Origin: Camelus ferus
Lineage: Eukaryota
Reading direction: 5' to 3'
Assembly: GCF_009834535.1 (NCBI RefSeq)
Contig: NC_045696.1
Coordinates: forward strand, 86,988,001-87,052,000
DNA length: 64,000 nt
In this document: piece after piece, positions 12,691 to 26,858 of the stretch
How positions within the stretch are numbered: position 1 is the first letter of the stretch
How the letters are laid out: every line of letters begins with the position of its first letter
Translations under genes and position numbers: made by a program
The notes under the pieces: model-generated
The model's database searches: none
What the model saw: only the letters and a program-made list of their open reading frames with translations
Told to the model about the DNA's origin: nothing

Positions 12691-13484
12691 ATTTTTTTAA
12701 TGACTTCATCAAAATGTTAGATCAGTTCTGCCAGAATGCTTTATTATTTTCTCTGAATTGCAATTACTGAGTGGATTTTTTTATACTTCACTTAATATTC
12801 AATTAAGATGCATTACTAGATCAAAGACAAATAAAGAGGAGTTGAAGAGACAGATATTACTTTTAGGATATTTCTGAGTCTCATCGATTTTTTTTCTTAA
12901 GTAAGTATAAATGATGCAAACAGGAAGAACAACTTCTTTGGTGACTCAGACCATTACCTCACTGATGAGAAAGTCACCACAGTCAAGGAAACAATCAGTT
13001 GCAGAATGATGTTTTCTCACATAATGCCTTTTAAATTGTCAGGACTCCATGATGCATTTTGGAAATGTTATCATTAATGGAAAAGAGAGAGTTCAGATCA
13101 GAATAATGCAGAGGTGAAGCATCTGACTTGTTGCTAATGAAATTTTACTCATCACCTGCCAAGACAGGTCATTTGAAATTGGAGCAGGTTTGGTGAAAAA
13201 CCTGAATGATTATAAGATTCTAGTCTTAAACATTTCTATCAGTTGCAATTCTTTAATCTGTAATTGTCAAGTGCATGAATGTGCTCAGTAATGTGAACTT
13301 TACTCACAACAAATACTGACTTGATAGGTGTCTCTAATTATTCAAGAAAATATTCTTATAAATAATAGTTCTCAATATCTTATATAAAAAACTATTAATA
13401 AATAATATATTTCAAAGTGGTGAAGTCTTTTCACCATACCTGAGATCAATTTAGTGAAAGCAAAAACTTTTCATTAGACTATTG

Positions 13485-13965
13485 GTAGCAGAGATTAGCA
13501 GTCGCCTATCCAACCTCCAGGCCTCCTTTCCACTTTTTTAAAAGAAGACCTATATTATTGAGGGTTACACTGAACCCAGGTAATGACTATGCTTCTTAAC
13601 ATCTCTCACAATTGTCACAGGCCATACGACCATATGACTAGGTGACTAAGTTAAAGCCAGTGTTTATGGAATGAAATTCCATGAAGGATATAAGAATAGA
13701 AACTAATACTGCCATTTTTCTATCCCCATGTTTTTAATAAGCCTAAATGATGCAGGAACTCCAGAAACTTTATACCCAGAAATGAATAAATGTTCTGTGA
13801 TATTATTTATAGCATCCAAAAAAAAGCCCATGTCTTAATATCCTCAGCATCATCACATTTCTGGCCTTTTTTATTACTTAAGAGAAAATAAATCTTTATG
13901 TGGTTTTTGACACTGAAATTTGAGGTTTTCAGACGTAAGAAACCAAATCTAATTCTAATGTATAT
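13485..13965 (+). mobile_element. Old MaLR LTR (MLT1J-like)
   Basis: Starts 'ggtagcagagattagcagtcgcctatccaa' and ends 'agagaaaataaatctttatgtgg...ccaaatctaattctaatgtata'. Confidence 0.5.
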
Positions 13966-14139
13966 ATGCATATTTTAGAAGATGTTCAATCTGAGAAATC
14001 AAGTAAGTCCTTTTATATGAGAAAATAAATTGATTCTCCCCAAAATGGAGACATTTCAAATGAAATATTAATTCTTAACAAGATTATTGAAAGCATTAAA
14101 TATAAAAAAAGGGAGGAAGAGGACAGAATAAAGAAGTTA

Positions 14140-17100
14140 TGAAATTTCTGATTTCCAGCAATAGTGAGCTATGTTATTCAGGAAAAAACCACTCTAATGA
14201 AATGTAAAAATACTTAAAAACATTTATTTAATTTTTTAACATATTAAGAAGACAACATGATATTAAGGGAATATTTAGCCAATAATGAAAGGAAAATAAA
14301 TACAGAGATTTGAATGAAGCATTTACTACTTTTGTATTCAATGAATTTGCTATTCTTGACAACTTTAAATTCATTTTAATAGCTTCATCAATGCAAGGAG
14401 ATTAGAAAACAAAGTATAGAACCTTTGAAGATACGGAAATATAATAAAGCACACCCCTTCATAACTGAAATGAGAAGACAAAGTTCTAAAAACCCAGCAA
14501 TAGACCAAATGCAAAACAGGTGTTTTGAGGAATTTTCCACACACATTCTCACCGGCAGGATGGCCCATGCTACCTTAAAGTTTATAATTCAAATAACCCT
14601 AACTGTCTAAAAGGAACAAAATCAAATATTCTCTGAATGAAATTATATACATGCTAGGTCTCATATTATTTCTTTAAAATATTTCATAATAACTAGTATT
14701 TTGTCAAACATAACCTGACATAAGGGTGTAAGTTAAAATGCACCATCACAAAAATAAACATATCTGTAACACTTCTGATATCATTCAACATAGACTATAA
14801 AACAATTAGACTTACTATGCTTACAGAATAAAGTCTAAATGTGAAATGCATGTTTTGAAGGAATAAGAAACTATCAACAATTTCACATATATCTGGACTA
14901 TCTCTAGAAATAAAGCATACATAACAATTATAAACTTGGTTTAACTGTTTAATATGAGATTAGACACAGCTAAAGAAAGTATTAGTGAAACAGAAGATTA
15001 AATATTAATCTGGAATATAGTAAGGAGAAACTAGGGGAAAGATGAAAAAGAGACAGCAAGAAATATAAAAGATAGAAAAATACACTTATAAGATAAATTA
15101 AAATCACAAGATGAAACAACGTACTAGTGAGCAGCAAGATTTGTAGATATATTGGCTGATATTTTTACATGATAAAAGATCTAAATTCAAATTAATATAA
15201 AACAGAGTAACTTGAAAACATTACAATGAAACTGCAGGAAACAAACAAACAGGAGAAAAATTTTAAAGTACTCAGTTGTGGGAGAAAAGATAGATTACCT
15301 TTAAAAGATTGGCAATTATGTGTACAGCTAAATTATTAACAGTAATAGTGACAGAAGAATGTAGAATGACATTAATTTAAAAAAGCAAAATGACTACTAT
15401 ATCTAGACAAAATATTTTTTTAAATAAAGACAAATTTTGTACAAATAGAAGAGGAATAGGAACGAGAATGAGCATGAGAATGGAGGAGCAGAGGAAAAGA
15501 AGGAAGAAGAGAAAAAGGAAAACAAAATTGAGAGAATTCAACATGAATACACACTATTAAAGTATTTAGAGTACTTCAGGCAGAATTAAAATTTTCTCAA
15601 ATGTTTGGTCTCAGAAGCATGGACTGTAAGAAAAGTCATAATTAATTTAAACACTCATGAATAAAACAATAATGTGCATGGTTTAGGAAGGGAAGCTAAT
15701 TAAACTGTGCTGAGATGTTTATATTCACATGCAAAGCTAGGGTTTTATTAATTTTAGATTTAGAGAATATAATTAATAATGTAATTTCACTGAGAGCCAT
15801 AAAATATTTAAAAGTGGATGTAATTTCCAAAATAGTAATAGGAAAACAAGGTCTGTAATAAGAAAATAAATGCAGAATAAGGCAAAAAAGGAAAGAAAAA
15901 CATATATAAAACAAGCAGAAAAAATAGAAGACACAAAATTGAATAATAAATTGAATTCCTAAGATAAGTATCATTATATTAAATGATCTAATTACAAGAC
16001 AAGAATTGTCAAACTGAATTGGGGAAGAATGCAATTATGGTCCATTATAAAAGATGCATCATTATAAGAACATTATAAGGATAGGTAAAATTAAAAGTTA
16101 TACCTTTCAAATTCAAACAAAAACAAAAAATATTGAGAAAGTTATGTTCATATCAAACAAAACAGATTACCAGAAATTGTTGCTTCATCATGAAGAGAGA
16201 GAGACAAAGAAAAAGAGATAGACAGAAAGAGGTATCTTAGATCTGTAATGATATAAAAGATTTTAAGAATATAATAAAAGAAATCAGCTTAATGACCATG
16301 TAAATAACACTAATCTCTTTGGAACAATTAGATTCTTCATAAGCAAAAACAATATTTGCCTTAACAATATTTAACTTTAGTTTCTAAACTTTTAAAGGAC
16401 TGAACTAACATAAAGAAATCCCCTAATCCAAATGCAAATAACTACATATCCTAACAAAAAAATCACTAGAAATACCTCATATTTTTGGAAATTTAAGAAA
16501 TAATTTTAATAACACATGGATCAATAAATAGTAATAGAAACTAGGATATTCTAACTAATAATAGTGTGATATATTTTTAACTATGTGGTGTTATATTAAA
16601 CATATTATAATATGTTGGATGCAGCTTAAGTACCTATAAAAATAATCTAGTAATTGATTATCTGCAGAAAGAAAAACATTAGCAATAAAAGGAAAATAAA
16701 AAAATCAAAGAATTAATAAACTTTAAAACAAAAATAATTATAATAAACATATATACATTGTGCAAGCTTAAGAAAACTAGAACCTGATTTTTAAAGCAAA
16801 AAAAAAAAAATGAAAGCTTTATCACAAGAAAAAGAGGGCAAGAAACACAAATAACTAATAGAAATTAGAGAGAAAAAATATCAAAGCTATTACAGACAAT
16901 GAAAAAATAATGAGAGATTAAAAGAAAACCAGGAAAATAAATATGACGTGTTTATGAATACTTTCCTATTCTTAGGAAATAATGTAATTTGCCAGAATGA
17001 GCTCAAACAGAAGTCGAATAGTTAGTAGTCTTTTAATAATTAAAGTTGGTGCATCAATAGTAAAAATACCTCTCCAGGAAGAAATTTTTATGTCTATATG

Positions 17101-17150
17101 AATTTACTAGAGTGTTAGAAACCATTCATACTTAAACTGGGAGAGGAAAG
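14140..17150 (+). mobile_element. Degraded ancient L1ME-type element (ORF1/ORF2 relics)
   Basis: ORF1-like 'agattagacacagctaaagaaagtattagtgaa' (~14960) and 'aaagatagattacctttaaaag' (~15290); endonuclease-region relics at 15950-17130; strong plus-strand A bias. Confidence 0.6.
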
Positions 17151-17245
17151 TATGTATTAAGATGATTGAAATAAAGGACTAAAACTTGTAGTTATGGGAC
17201 AAAGATTGTCGGAATGGATTACAAAACTTCAGCTAAGATACAGCC

Positions 17246-18130
17246 CTTTATAAGTTTAAGGTGTACAGTATAATGATTTAACTTACATACATTACGAAAC
17301 AATTACCACATTAAGTTTAGTAAATATCTATCATCTTATATAGATAAAAATTCAAGAAAATTTCTTTCTTTGTGATAAACTTGTAGAATTTACTCACTTT
17401 ACAACTTTCATATATAACATACAGCACTGTTAGTTATATTAATCATGTTGCATATTACATCCCTAGTTTTTATATATCTTATAACTAGATGTCCGTACCT
17501 TTTAATCACCTTCATCCAATTCTTCTTCCCACAATCCCCACCTCTGGTAACCACAAATCTGGTACCTTTTTCTATGAGATTGTTTGTTTTATTGATGTAA
17601 AATTAACCAACAGTACTATATTACTGTACTGTATTATATAGTACTATATTAGATCCCAGTATATATGTATAACATAGTGATTCACTCTTTTCATCCATTA
17701 TATAGTGATCACCACAAGAAGTCTAGTTAAAATTACAACCTCTCATCACACAAAGATATTACATTATCAACTATATTCCCCATGCTGTACATTTTATCTC
17801 CATGACTAATTTATTTTGTAACTAGAATTTTGGGCTCTTAATTTCTGTCATCTATTTTACTAATCCCATCAACCCCCTCCCTTATCACAACCACCTGTTT
17901 GTTCAGTGTATCTGTGACTCTGTTTCTGTTTTGTTGTTTGTTTTGTTTTTTTAGATTGACATAGAGGTACAGTCATATGGCATTTGTCTTTCTTTATCTG
18001 ACTTACTTAACTTACCATAATATCCTCAAGTTCCACCCATATTGTCCTAAATGGAAAGATGTCATTCTTTTTTATGGCTAAGTAATATTCCATTGTATAT
18101 ATATTCCACATTTTATTTATTCATTCATCT
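17246..18130 (-). mobile_element. L1MA-derived 3' UTR with two stacked 3' modules
   Basis: 'tataagtttaaggtgtacagtataatgattt...ctctggtaaccacaaatctg' is followed by a second module ending 'ttttagattgacatagaggt...cattgtatatatattccaca'. Confidence 0.85.
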
Positions 18131-18134
18131 ATCC

Positions 18135-18345
18135 ATGAGCATCCATGAGACCATCACCATAATTAATGTAACAGACATATCCAAAACCTCCCAGATTTTC
18201 CTTGTGTCCTTTGTGTGTGTGTGCATGCATACATATGTGTAGTAAGAACACTTAACATTCTCGCGATATACCCTCTTAAATTGTGAAGTGCACCATACCA
18301 TATTGTTCACTATCGGCACCATGTTGTACAGAAGATCAATAATTT
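18135..18345 (-). mobile_element. L1MA 3' UTR fragment
   Basis: 'gtaagaacacttaacat...ggcaccatgttgtacagaagatc' is an L1MA-type terminus. Confidence 0.7.
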
Positions 18346-19714
18346 AGTCATCAGATTATATAGATTCTTATTCAGATTCTTAACAGAGCAACCTCTATAT
18401 TATGTTCTGACAATCTACATAAATCTTCCCAGAGGCAGAAAAAATGTACCAGGAGTGTTAACATAAATAGTTTCCCACATAATTGTATTTCACATAGTAA
18501 AATCCTAGACTGTACTTTTTTATCCTTCAATCATGAAATTTTGCTTTCATAGACAGATTATCTATAAAATGAATAAAGTTTGAGGGTGCCAACAGTCAAT
18601 GAAGTCCAAACATGGTTCTTTGTGAAGTTTCCTCTTGGAATAAGTCACCTAGACTCTTCCAAACAGTATCTTTCTGCACTGTGAAGTGATCAATTTTCTA
18701 TCTTGAAATGTCAATAAAACCACTGGATGAAATAAATTCAGGCATTTCAATTTGGCAGTTTTACAACTTTTTATGCAAAAAGATTAATGGAGATTAAACA
18801 CAACTAGAAAATGTGATCAGTACAACTTCCTAAAGATATAAAGAATGGAACAGAAAATTTAGAAATATTAATTTCCTCTCATACTGAGTAAGAAATTATT
18901 CCATATTTTCAAAACCTTAGTTGATGGAATTTTGTCTTCTATTTCACTTAGATATTCAGTAGTCACCAGAATATCAACGTGATCTTTTTAAATGTAAGCA
19001 GTGGTCTATGCATCGGTTTTGGGGGGGGTTTAAATACAATTTAAGAAAATATCTGTTTTAACTGCATGAGAAAACAGATAGATTTGATGTTTTAAAAAAT
19101 ACTTTACAATTAGAAGTACATGTGTGCATGCTTGTGTTTTAACAGTTTATAGTTTAAGAGTTCACATTGTTTGGATGGTTTACATTTTTCCCATTAATTT
19201 AAAGTGAATTTGCAAAACAAGTCCATCTTAAGTTTCTACATATAAAAGGTAAAAAGTGAAACACACTGATTCACCAAAATTATATATGATATATCAACCC
19301 CCTAAAATAAGTCTTATAAAAGAAACATTCTATGAAAGACTCTGTTTGCCTAAGTGTTTTTCCATTCTTGAATCCATAAGCTCCACCAATTTAAATAATA
19401 CATGCTTTAAGAAACCATGAAGGGATTTTTTTATTAAAGATGAAGATATTCTTTGTGGATAACTGAATTCATATCATAGAATGAGAATTATCTAGAGATA
19501 AATTTGATTAAGACAGAAATTGCAAGTTTTACAAATATATTTCATTTTATGCATATGGTTACTTCTTACTAAATAAGTGGTAAAAAACTTAATCCCAATA
19601 ATATTAGGCTGTAGTTACGATGGAAATTCTCTTCTCCCTGCATTGGCCAAGTTATAATGACCTTCTCTATATATATAATGAGGTTTTAAACCTATGCTTG
19701 TGTCTCATATTCTT

Positions 19715-20813
19715 TTTTTTTCTTTCTTTTTTTAAATTTTACTTTATTGAGTTACAGTAAGTTTACAGTGTTGCATCAATTTCCAGTGTAGAGCACAATT
19801 TTTCAGTTATACATGAACATACATATATTCATTGTCGCATTTTTTCACTGTGAGCTACCACGAGATCTTGTATATATTTCCCTGTGCTATACAGTATAAT
19901 CTTGTTTATCTATTCTATATATACGTGTCAGTATCTACAAATTTTGAACTCCCAGTCTGTCCCTTCCCACCCTTCCTCCCCACCGGCAACCACAAGTTTG
20001 TATTCTATGTCTATGAGTCTGTTTCTGTTTTGTATTTATGTTCATTTTTTTTTAATTCCACACATGAACGATCTCATATGGTATTTTTCTTTCTCTTTCT
20101 GGCTTACTTCACTTAGAAAGACATTCTCCAGGAACATCCATGTTGCTGCAAGTGGCATTATGTTGTCGGATTTTATGGCTGAATAGTATTCCATTGTATA
20201 AATATACCACTTCTGCTTTATCCAATCATCTGTTGATGGACATTTAGGCTGCTTCCATGTCTTGGCTATTGTAAATAGTGCTGCTATGAGCACTGGGGTG
20301 CAGGTGTCATTCTGAAGTAGGGTTCCTTCTGGATATATGCCCAGGAGCGGGATTCCTGGGTCATATGGTAAGTCTATTCCTAGTCTTTTGACGAATCTCC
20401 ACACTGTTTTCCATAGTGGCTGCACCAACTGCATTCCCACCAGCAGTGTAGGAGGGTTCTCCTTTCTCCACAGCCTCTCCAGCATTTGTCATTTGTGGAC
20501 GTTTGAATGATGGCCATTCTGACTGGTGTGAGGTGATACCTCATCGTAGTTTTGATTTGCATTTCTCTGATAATTAGTGATATTGAGCATTTTTTCATGT
20601 GCCTATTGACGATTTGTATGTCTTCACTGGAGAATTGCTTGTTTAGGTCTTCTGCCCATTTTTGGATTGGGTTGTTTGTTTTTTTATTATTAAGTCATAT
20701 GAGCTGCTTATATATTCTGGAGATTAAGCCTTTGTCAGTTTCATCTTTTGCAAAAATTTTTTTCCCATTCCGTAGGTTGTCATTTTGTTTTGCTTATAGT
20801 TTCCTTTGCTGTG
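19715..20813 (-). mobile_element. Young 5'-truncated LINE-1 with 10-bp TSD
   Basis: ORFs 20042-20598 encode the L1 ORF2 C-terminus, with poly(T) from about 19713. The TSD 'tcatattctt' is at 19705-19714 and 20814-20823. Confidence 0.97.
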
Positions 20814-23800
20814 TCATATTCTTCTGTTACAAAAATTACACAGAAACTTCTCTATGTATTCTTGAGATTGCTTATATTTCAGCTTTTAAATAAAAGTATT
20901 ACTATCCATATTTGATTAATTTTTTCCAATATATTTTGTAAAATTGCCTCATTTTAGGTTTTAGGGTTTGCTCTGTAAATCCATGCAGAGTAGGTATTTG
21001 ATATCTGGCTTGTCTTGCAATCCTAGAGTAGATTTAAAGCTTTTCTGATCTATATTGTTTCACCAGTGATAAGTACTATATTTCATATAATCTGGTAAAA
21101 AGAAAAACTTTCTTACTGAGCCCTGAGCAGAAAATATATTAAACAATGGATAAACTGTCTGTATTTGTTAATAATCCTATTAATTATTCTTTCTAGCTGC
21201 ATGATCTCAGTGTCTGGATCTTAGGATTTCTCCTGTTTAAATGTTACATGCCTACTGAATTGAAAAAACACATTACTTCCCATAACATGCTTGACATTTG
21301 ATTTTACCTTAGTTAAATACTGGATATCTACATGTTGATAAAGGGGATAGGAAATAGATGGACAGGAGGTTGGAAAACTCATACATTTCAGAACTCTGTG
21401 AAAAATGTCTTTACCTGGAATTTATTAATCAATCAATTATGGAGTATTATAATGTTTAATACAGATGTTGAAGATACTTAATCAAATGTATTAGAGAAAT
21501 GATTTTTATTTGATCCTCACAGTCTCTGAAAGTATGTTCTAAAGAAGTTGTGCAATGATTTCAGCTTTTCCTTGCAAGGAGCTTTGGGTGGAAATATCTA
21601 ACTCCAAATCAGACCCTGTGTGCATTATCAGCAATTTTTCCACCAATGAAAATTTTACTCAGTATCATCAAAACTGATTTAGGCATTATCATAAATAAGG
21701 CTTAATCTCTTTTGTTTGCATGAAGTAATGTTACAAGTTCTATTATCATAATATGGTTAAGTGAAGAGCAGAAGTGATTAAGTGGAACGTTGACATTGTT
21801 TAGAATTATGCACAATTTAGAGCAAATGGATTTGGTACCAAAATAATAAGGCTATTTTATATGTAAAAAAAAGCCACCATGTTCCCTTATCATCAATACT
21901 AATATATATTGTAAATGTTTTGTACATCTATATCTATATATTTTGTATTCAAGTTAAGACTATATATAACATTATTATCAAAAACTTTTTTAAACTACTT
22001 AAAAGCCAATATAAAATATACTCAAATTCTTACTCTTATTGTAAAAATTATAGGGCAAAATACATATAAAGCCCTTAGCACTGTCTGGTATCATACAGTA
22101 AACACTAAACAACAAATAAAAAAGAAAAGTTGCTGTTTTATTTGCCAGAATTTAAGTCAATGTTTATTCCATGGAAGATTTCCACAGTCCTATAGTGAAT
22201 GTGTTTTCATATGCATTTGTGTAGATTGTCTTTTCAGAGTTTTTTTAGGAGGTTCTGTGGAGAGTGTAATAATCTGCTGGTGCCCTTCAAAGAAGATAAC
22301 TTTTTATTCATATTTGCTTTTCTATTAATATTTGACTATGTAGACTCTAAGATATTTATTGCTAAAGGAAATATCAATAAGACATTTTATTTCTCTTTTT
22401 TATTTCATCAATATGCTATTCCCGGTATAAATGAAATGTTTAAAGCATCACACAAACCAAGAGGTTAGTTCTCAATTGTTTGTTAATTTTTGGTTCTAAA
22501 AGCTAACAGGTTTCTCACAGTCAAGTCCTTGGAGTTATTTGTTAATAGGACATATCACCTTGCTTCCTCTCCTGACCTACACTGAGAAAATAAGAGCCCA
22601 TTTGAGTAAGGAGCATGGTCTTGATAAATACATTCATTCAGTTTTTATGAACACTGTTTCGTTTTTTTTTTTTAAACAATGGGAGCAACCATTAAAATAT
22701 ATATGGACCATCTCTACTTTGTTTGAAAGACCTTAAGAAGCACAGTTTGGATGGTGGATTAGTGAATGGAGAAAGAAATTAATAGTCACTCAGCTTATCA
22801 GTATGATTTATTGAGGCAGTTAAGAAAAATATTTTCTTTTTCTTTTGGAATTTTCTGAAATTCAGAGAAGCAAACTCTCATGTTCATATCCCCATGTGAA
22901 TCACCTAGCCTCAATACAGCAAAAGAGAAGTGTATTTAGAGACTTCTAGGAGGCTATACCAAATAATTCTATGTGATGGTCATTACCAAAGCACTTTGCA
23001 AAGTTTGATGTACATGGTTTGCTGGTTACTGTTTTATAACTGGCTCTCTGGAAAAAATGTGTGTATGCATACAGAGATAAATGGTTTTTAGAAATAATAA
23101 AATGATTATTAGAAATAATAAAATGTCATATTCTTTATTGTAAATTTCAATAGCTAATTGATTCTCACAGGAAGCCTCAAGTTTTTGTTGTGCTCTTATT
23201 TTCTTAGCTAACCTGTATAGGTGTAGTTTATCCATGACAAACAGGATTGCTATTAAATCAACAAACTCCTTTCCCAACGAAGTTATTATCATTAAAACTG
23301 TATGTGATCTACTGTAAATCTGTCATCATTGTATAAATTATATTCATTAAAGTCAAACCTCTTTCAGGCTCAGCTCTAGCTATGTAGAAACTTCACTCAT
23401 TTTGTGTGTGGTATCTATCCTGAACAAAATAGTCCATTCTGTATATTAGAATATTATTTCCTCAATGGTCTATGCTTTCCACAGTTAGGCTACAGATACA
23501 ACACACGTTTAGGTTTCATCTACATTATTAACATACTCCCCATCATTCACCTCTTTCTACACAAAAACAACAAAATAAATCAAGGATCGTTTTATAGTTT
23601 TTGCCTATTTTCATGGTGCAAATATTTCTACTGAGACTAATCAAGCTATCAACATGATACCACTGAGTACACAGTGAGGAAGAGATGCATAGTAGTTATA
23701 GTATTTCCACAACACAGATGACAGACACAACTTTGAGAGCAGATATAGTAGTAAATGTGGTTAAGTACTCAGGTGTGATGAGATTTGAGCATTTATTTTT

Positions 23801-25099
23801 GTTATTAATATAATTTATTTAACTTTAAGTGTTTAATTTAATTTTTAACAATCTCTTACGTAATAATAGGCTTGCAAAATTCCTAAAACATAAATATAAC
23901 ACCATTAGTATTAATAATGTAGTATAAAATATAGTTAACTTTTGGTACTTTGTTATTATTGGCAATAGATTCTCTACAGCTCAGCTTTCTAAACTTATCC
24001 CACATGTGACTGTGCATATAAATTTTTGTAGGCTATCAAGTGTAGCATGGTTAAAATGGGACACATAATCTATTAAAAGTTATGCTCTTGAATAAGACAC
24101 AGTTGTAATCTAGAGAAAACATCTTTACAGTGACTTGTACTATATAGAGATATTAGAGCAAGGTCTACAGTGTCCTCAGAGGGAAACAAATCAAGGTTAA
24201 GGATTTCAAAATCCTGTTAACCTTTTATTTAGATACAAAGGCAATGATAAATGTATTTCCACAGAACATTTAGAGAATATTGTTATAATGAACCTCTCCA
24301 GAAGAAACAGCTAGTGAACAGAATTCTGTCACCCAAAGATAAATGGAGAAAGTATAATGAAAATGTGTAAGAAATACTGAAAAAAACTAACTGAAATAAG
24401 AAGTTGCATTCCACATTCATCTTCTCTTTTAAAAAATATTACCCAAAAGCAGCAGGCAACAAAAAATAAACATAAATATTTCATGTTTGGTGAAAAATAG
24501 AGAAACTGACAGATAAAACTCAAAACTATAAAATAAATAGAAAGAATTCCAAAAGCAATAAAAACAGAAGTAAATTCAGGAAGAAGTGTAAAGAAGGATC
24601 CATGTCTACAGATAGCAAAGTGTCAGGCATATATATTTCAAAATTAACTGGCATCTGCAGGGGTACAAACAAAATCCTTTGTTTGCACCTGAGGAAAATG
24701 AATATTTTAGCCGTAAAGACTATAAGATTCAAAATTTAATAAAGAAAATCTTAACTAAGCAGTATTTTCAGGAAGCGATCTGAGCTTAGTTGTTGACTAA
24801 AGCCAATAAGGGGTACATCTTATTGAACGTCCCTTATCTCTGTAAATGCTTGGCTGAGAAGTTTTAAAGGTTAAACTGGACTCATACTCAAACCTCCTCC
24901 TCCTTAGAAAATTTCCTACATAACTCTGAGTATCTTGCACAGCTCCCGACTACTGCTATAGGCACCAAACATAAACATTCTATAAGTAACTCTCCTGGGG
25001 AAAAAAAAGCAGCATAGAATGGATAAATAGGTTATATCAAAAAAGCAAAATTACATACAAACATTTGAGAGCAAAGAAAATCATAGAAAAATAATTCCA

Positions 25100-25800
25100 T
25101 GGAGTCTAAGAAAATCAGAGCCAAATGACACACCATAAATATAAACACACCTGCACATCTTGCCCCTCACATGCAAACATACACACAATTGCTTCCATGA
25201 GGCAAGAGTACAAAGCAGAGTTACAACAGCTCGTAGCAAAAGCTTTGGCAAAAGTAGAGGAAATAAAACACAACCCAGAAGGGCTCACAAATGAAAGTAA
25301 AATTATAAATTGTACCAGAATAATAAACACTTCTCAAACAGAAAAGGAGATACAGAAAAACAGAATGAGTAAATTAAACAAAACATAACTAAAACAACAA
25401 AGTAATAAAAGTCAAAGATATTTTTAATTATCCAAATTTAAATAAAAGGTAATTAGTACATTTCAAAATACAACATTGTTTTCTATTACATAAAAATGTT
25501 CATGAATTTCACAAGTAAAAAAAATAATTCTCTGGGAAACAAGGCAAAATAAACTTTCAGTGAAAATGTGGAAAAATAATGAGACTATCATCAGACTTTT
25601 CCATAGACAAAAATCCACAACAGAATACAACAGAAGAGCATTTACAAATATCCTTCAAAAAGTGTGACCAAATAAGTTTATACCCAAACGTATTTTGGTT
25701 CAATAAAATTATCAAAGCAAAGACAGTTTTGGCCACGCAAGAATCATCAACCATTTTCCTCGGTCTTTCTGAGGCAATCTTGCAGGAAATAAACTTCAAC
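25100..25800 (+). mobile_element. Degraded L1ME/HAL1 ORF1-like relic
   Basis: 'aataatgagactatcatcagacttttcc' resembles the ORF1 IRLxSDFS motif; A-rich context. Confidence 0.4.
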
Positions 25801-25809
25801 AAATCTCAT

Positions 25810-26330
25810 ACGACCTACAAGGCCCTAGTGACACTTCTCTGACATCTCTCCCACTTCTTCTCAGCTATTCATTCCTTCAACTCCAGGCACACTGGACTCT
25901 GTGCTGTGCTTTGAGCATGCCAGGCATGCTCCTGCGCTACAGCCTTTGCAATTGTAGTTCCCTCTGTCTAGAATATTCTTCCTCCAAATACCCACTTTTG
26001 ACTCCCTCACTTTTTGCACTTCCCTTTAATATCACCTTTCCAAAGATAGGTGGAAATTTGTCTCATCTATTACTCTATCTTAAATTGCACACTATAACTT
26101 CACCTTCATTATTCCTTATCCTTTTCCCCATTTTTATTTTTCCATAGTAATTATTACCTTTTAACATGTTATGAATTTTCTTATTTATTTTGTTCATTGT
26201 GTCCCACCTTCTCACTAGAATGAAAGATTCCTGAAAGTATGCTTTTTTTTTCTCACTTTTTATCCATGAGATTTTCCAACTCATAAAATAGTATTTGGAT
26301 ATAGAACAATGCAGTAATATTTGTCGAACT
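25810..26330 (+). mobile_element. L2 3' end
   Basis: 'cctacaaggccct...ccaggcacactgg...cctttgcaattgtagttccctctgtctagaat...ctagaatgaaag...aatatttgtcgaa'. Confidence 0.85.
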
Positions 26331-26475
26331 AAGAGATGCCTAGAAAATTTAAGTTGGAAAATGCTGGTAACAATGAATATATAAAAAAGAGATTACTAGG
26401 AAAACTATGCTAAAAGGAATGTCATTAAGGATCAGTTTTGTTGTGATATATAACAGAGTGTAAATAATATTATCA

Positions 26476-26858
26476 TTATAGACTGAGTTGTTTCCTCCTC
26501 TCAATTCTCATGTCAAAGCCCCAATCCCCAAAGGGATTGCATTTGGAGATGGGGCCTTTATCAAGGTAATTAAGGATAAATGAGGCCATAAGAATGGGGC
26601 CCTGACCCAATAAAACTGGTGTCCTTATTAAAGGAAGAGTTATCAGAAATCTTTCTCCTCATGTACAGAGAAAAGGCTAAGTAAGGAAACAATAGAAGGG
26701 CAGCCTCCTGCAAGATAGGAAGGAAAACCTCACTGGAAACTAAATTTGATGCACCTTGATTATGACTTCAAACCTCAAGAAGTGAGAAAATAAATTTCTG
26801 TTGTTTAAGCCAGCTAGTCTGTGTTACTTTGTCTTGGAAGCCATAGCAGATGAATACA
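26476..26858 (+). mobile_element. MaLR solo LTR (MLT1A/B-like)
   Basis: 'gcatttggagatggggccttt...gtaattaaggataaatgagg', 'gagaaaataaatttctgttgtttaagcca', ending 'gcagatgaataca'. Confidence 0.88.

Noticed and set aside
23026..23292. Protein-like minus-strand ORF with a possible donor (AG|gttagc)
   Set aside because: Splice signals are weak, there is no recognisable homology, and the 3' part is low complexity.
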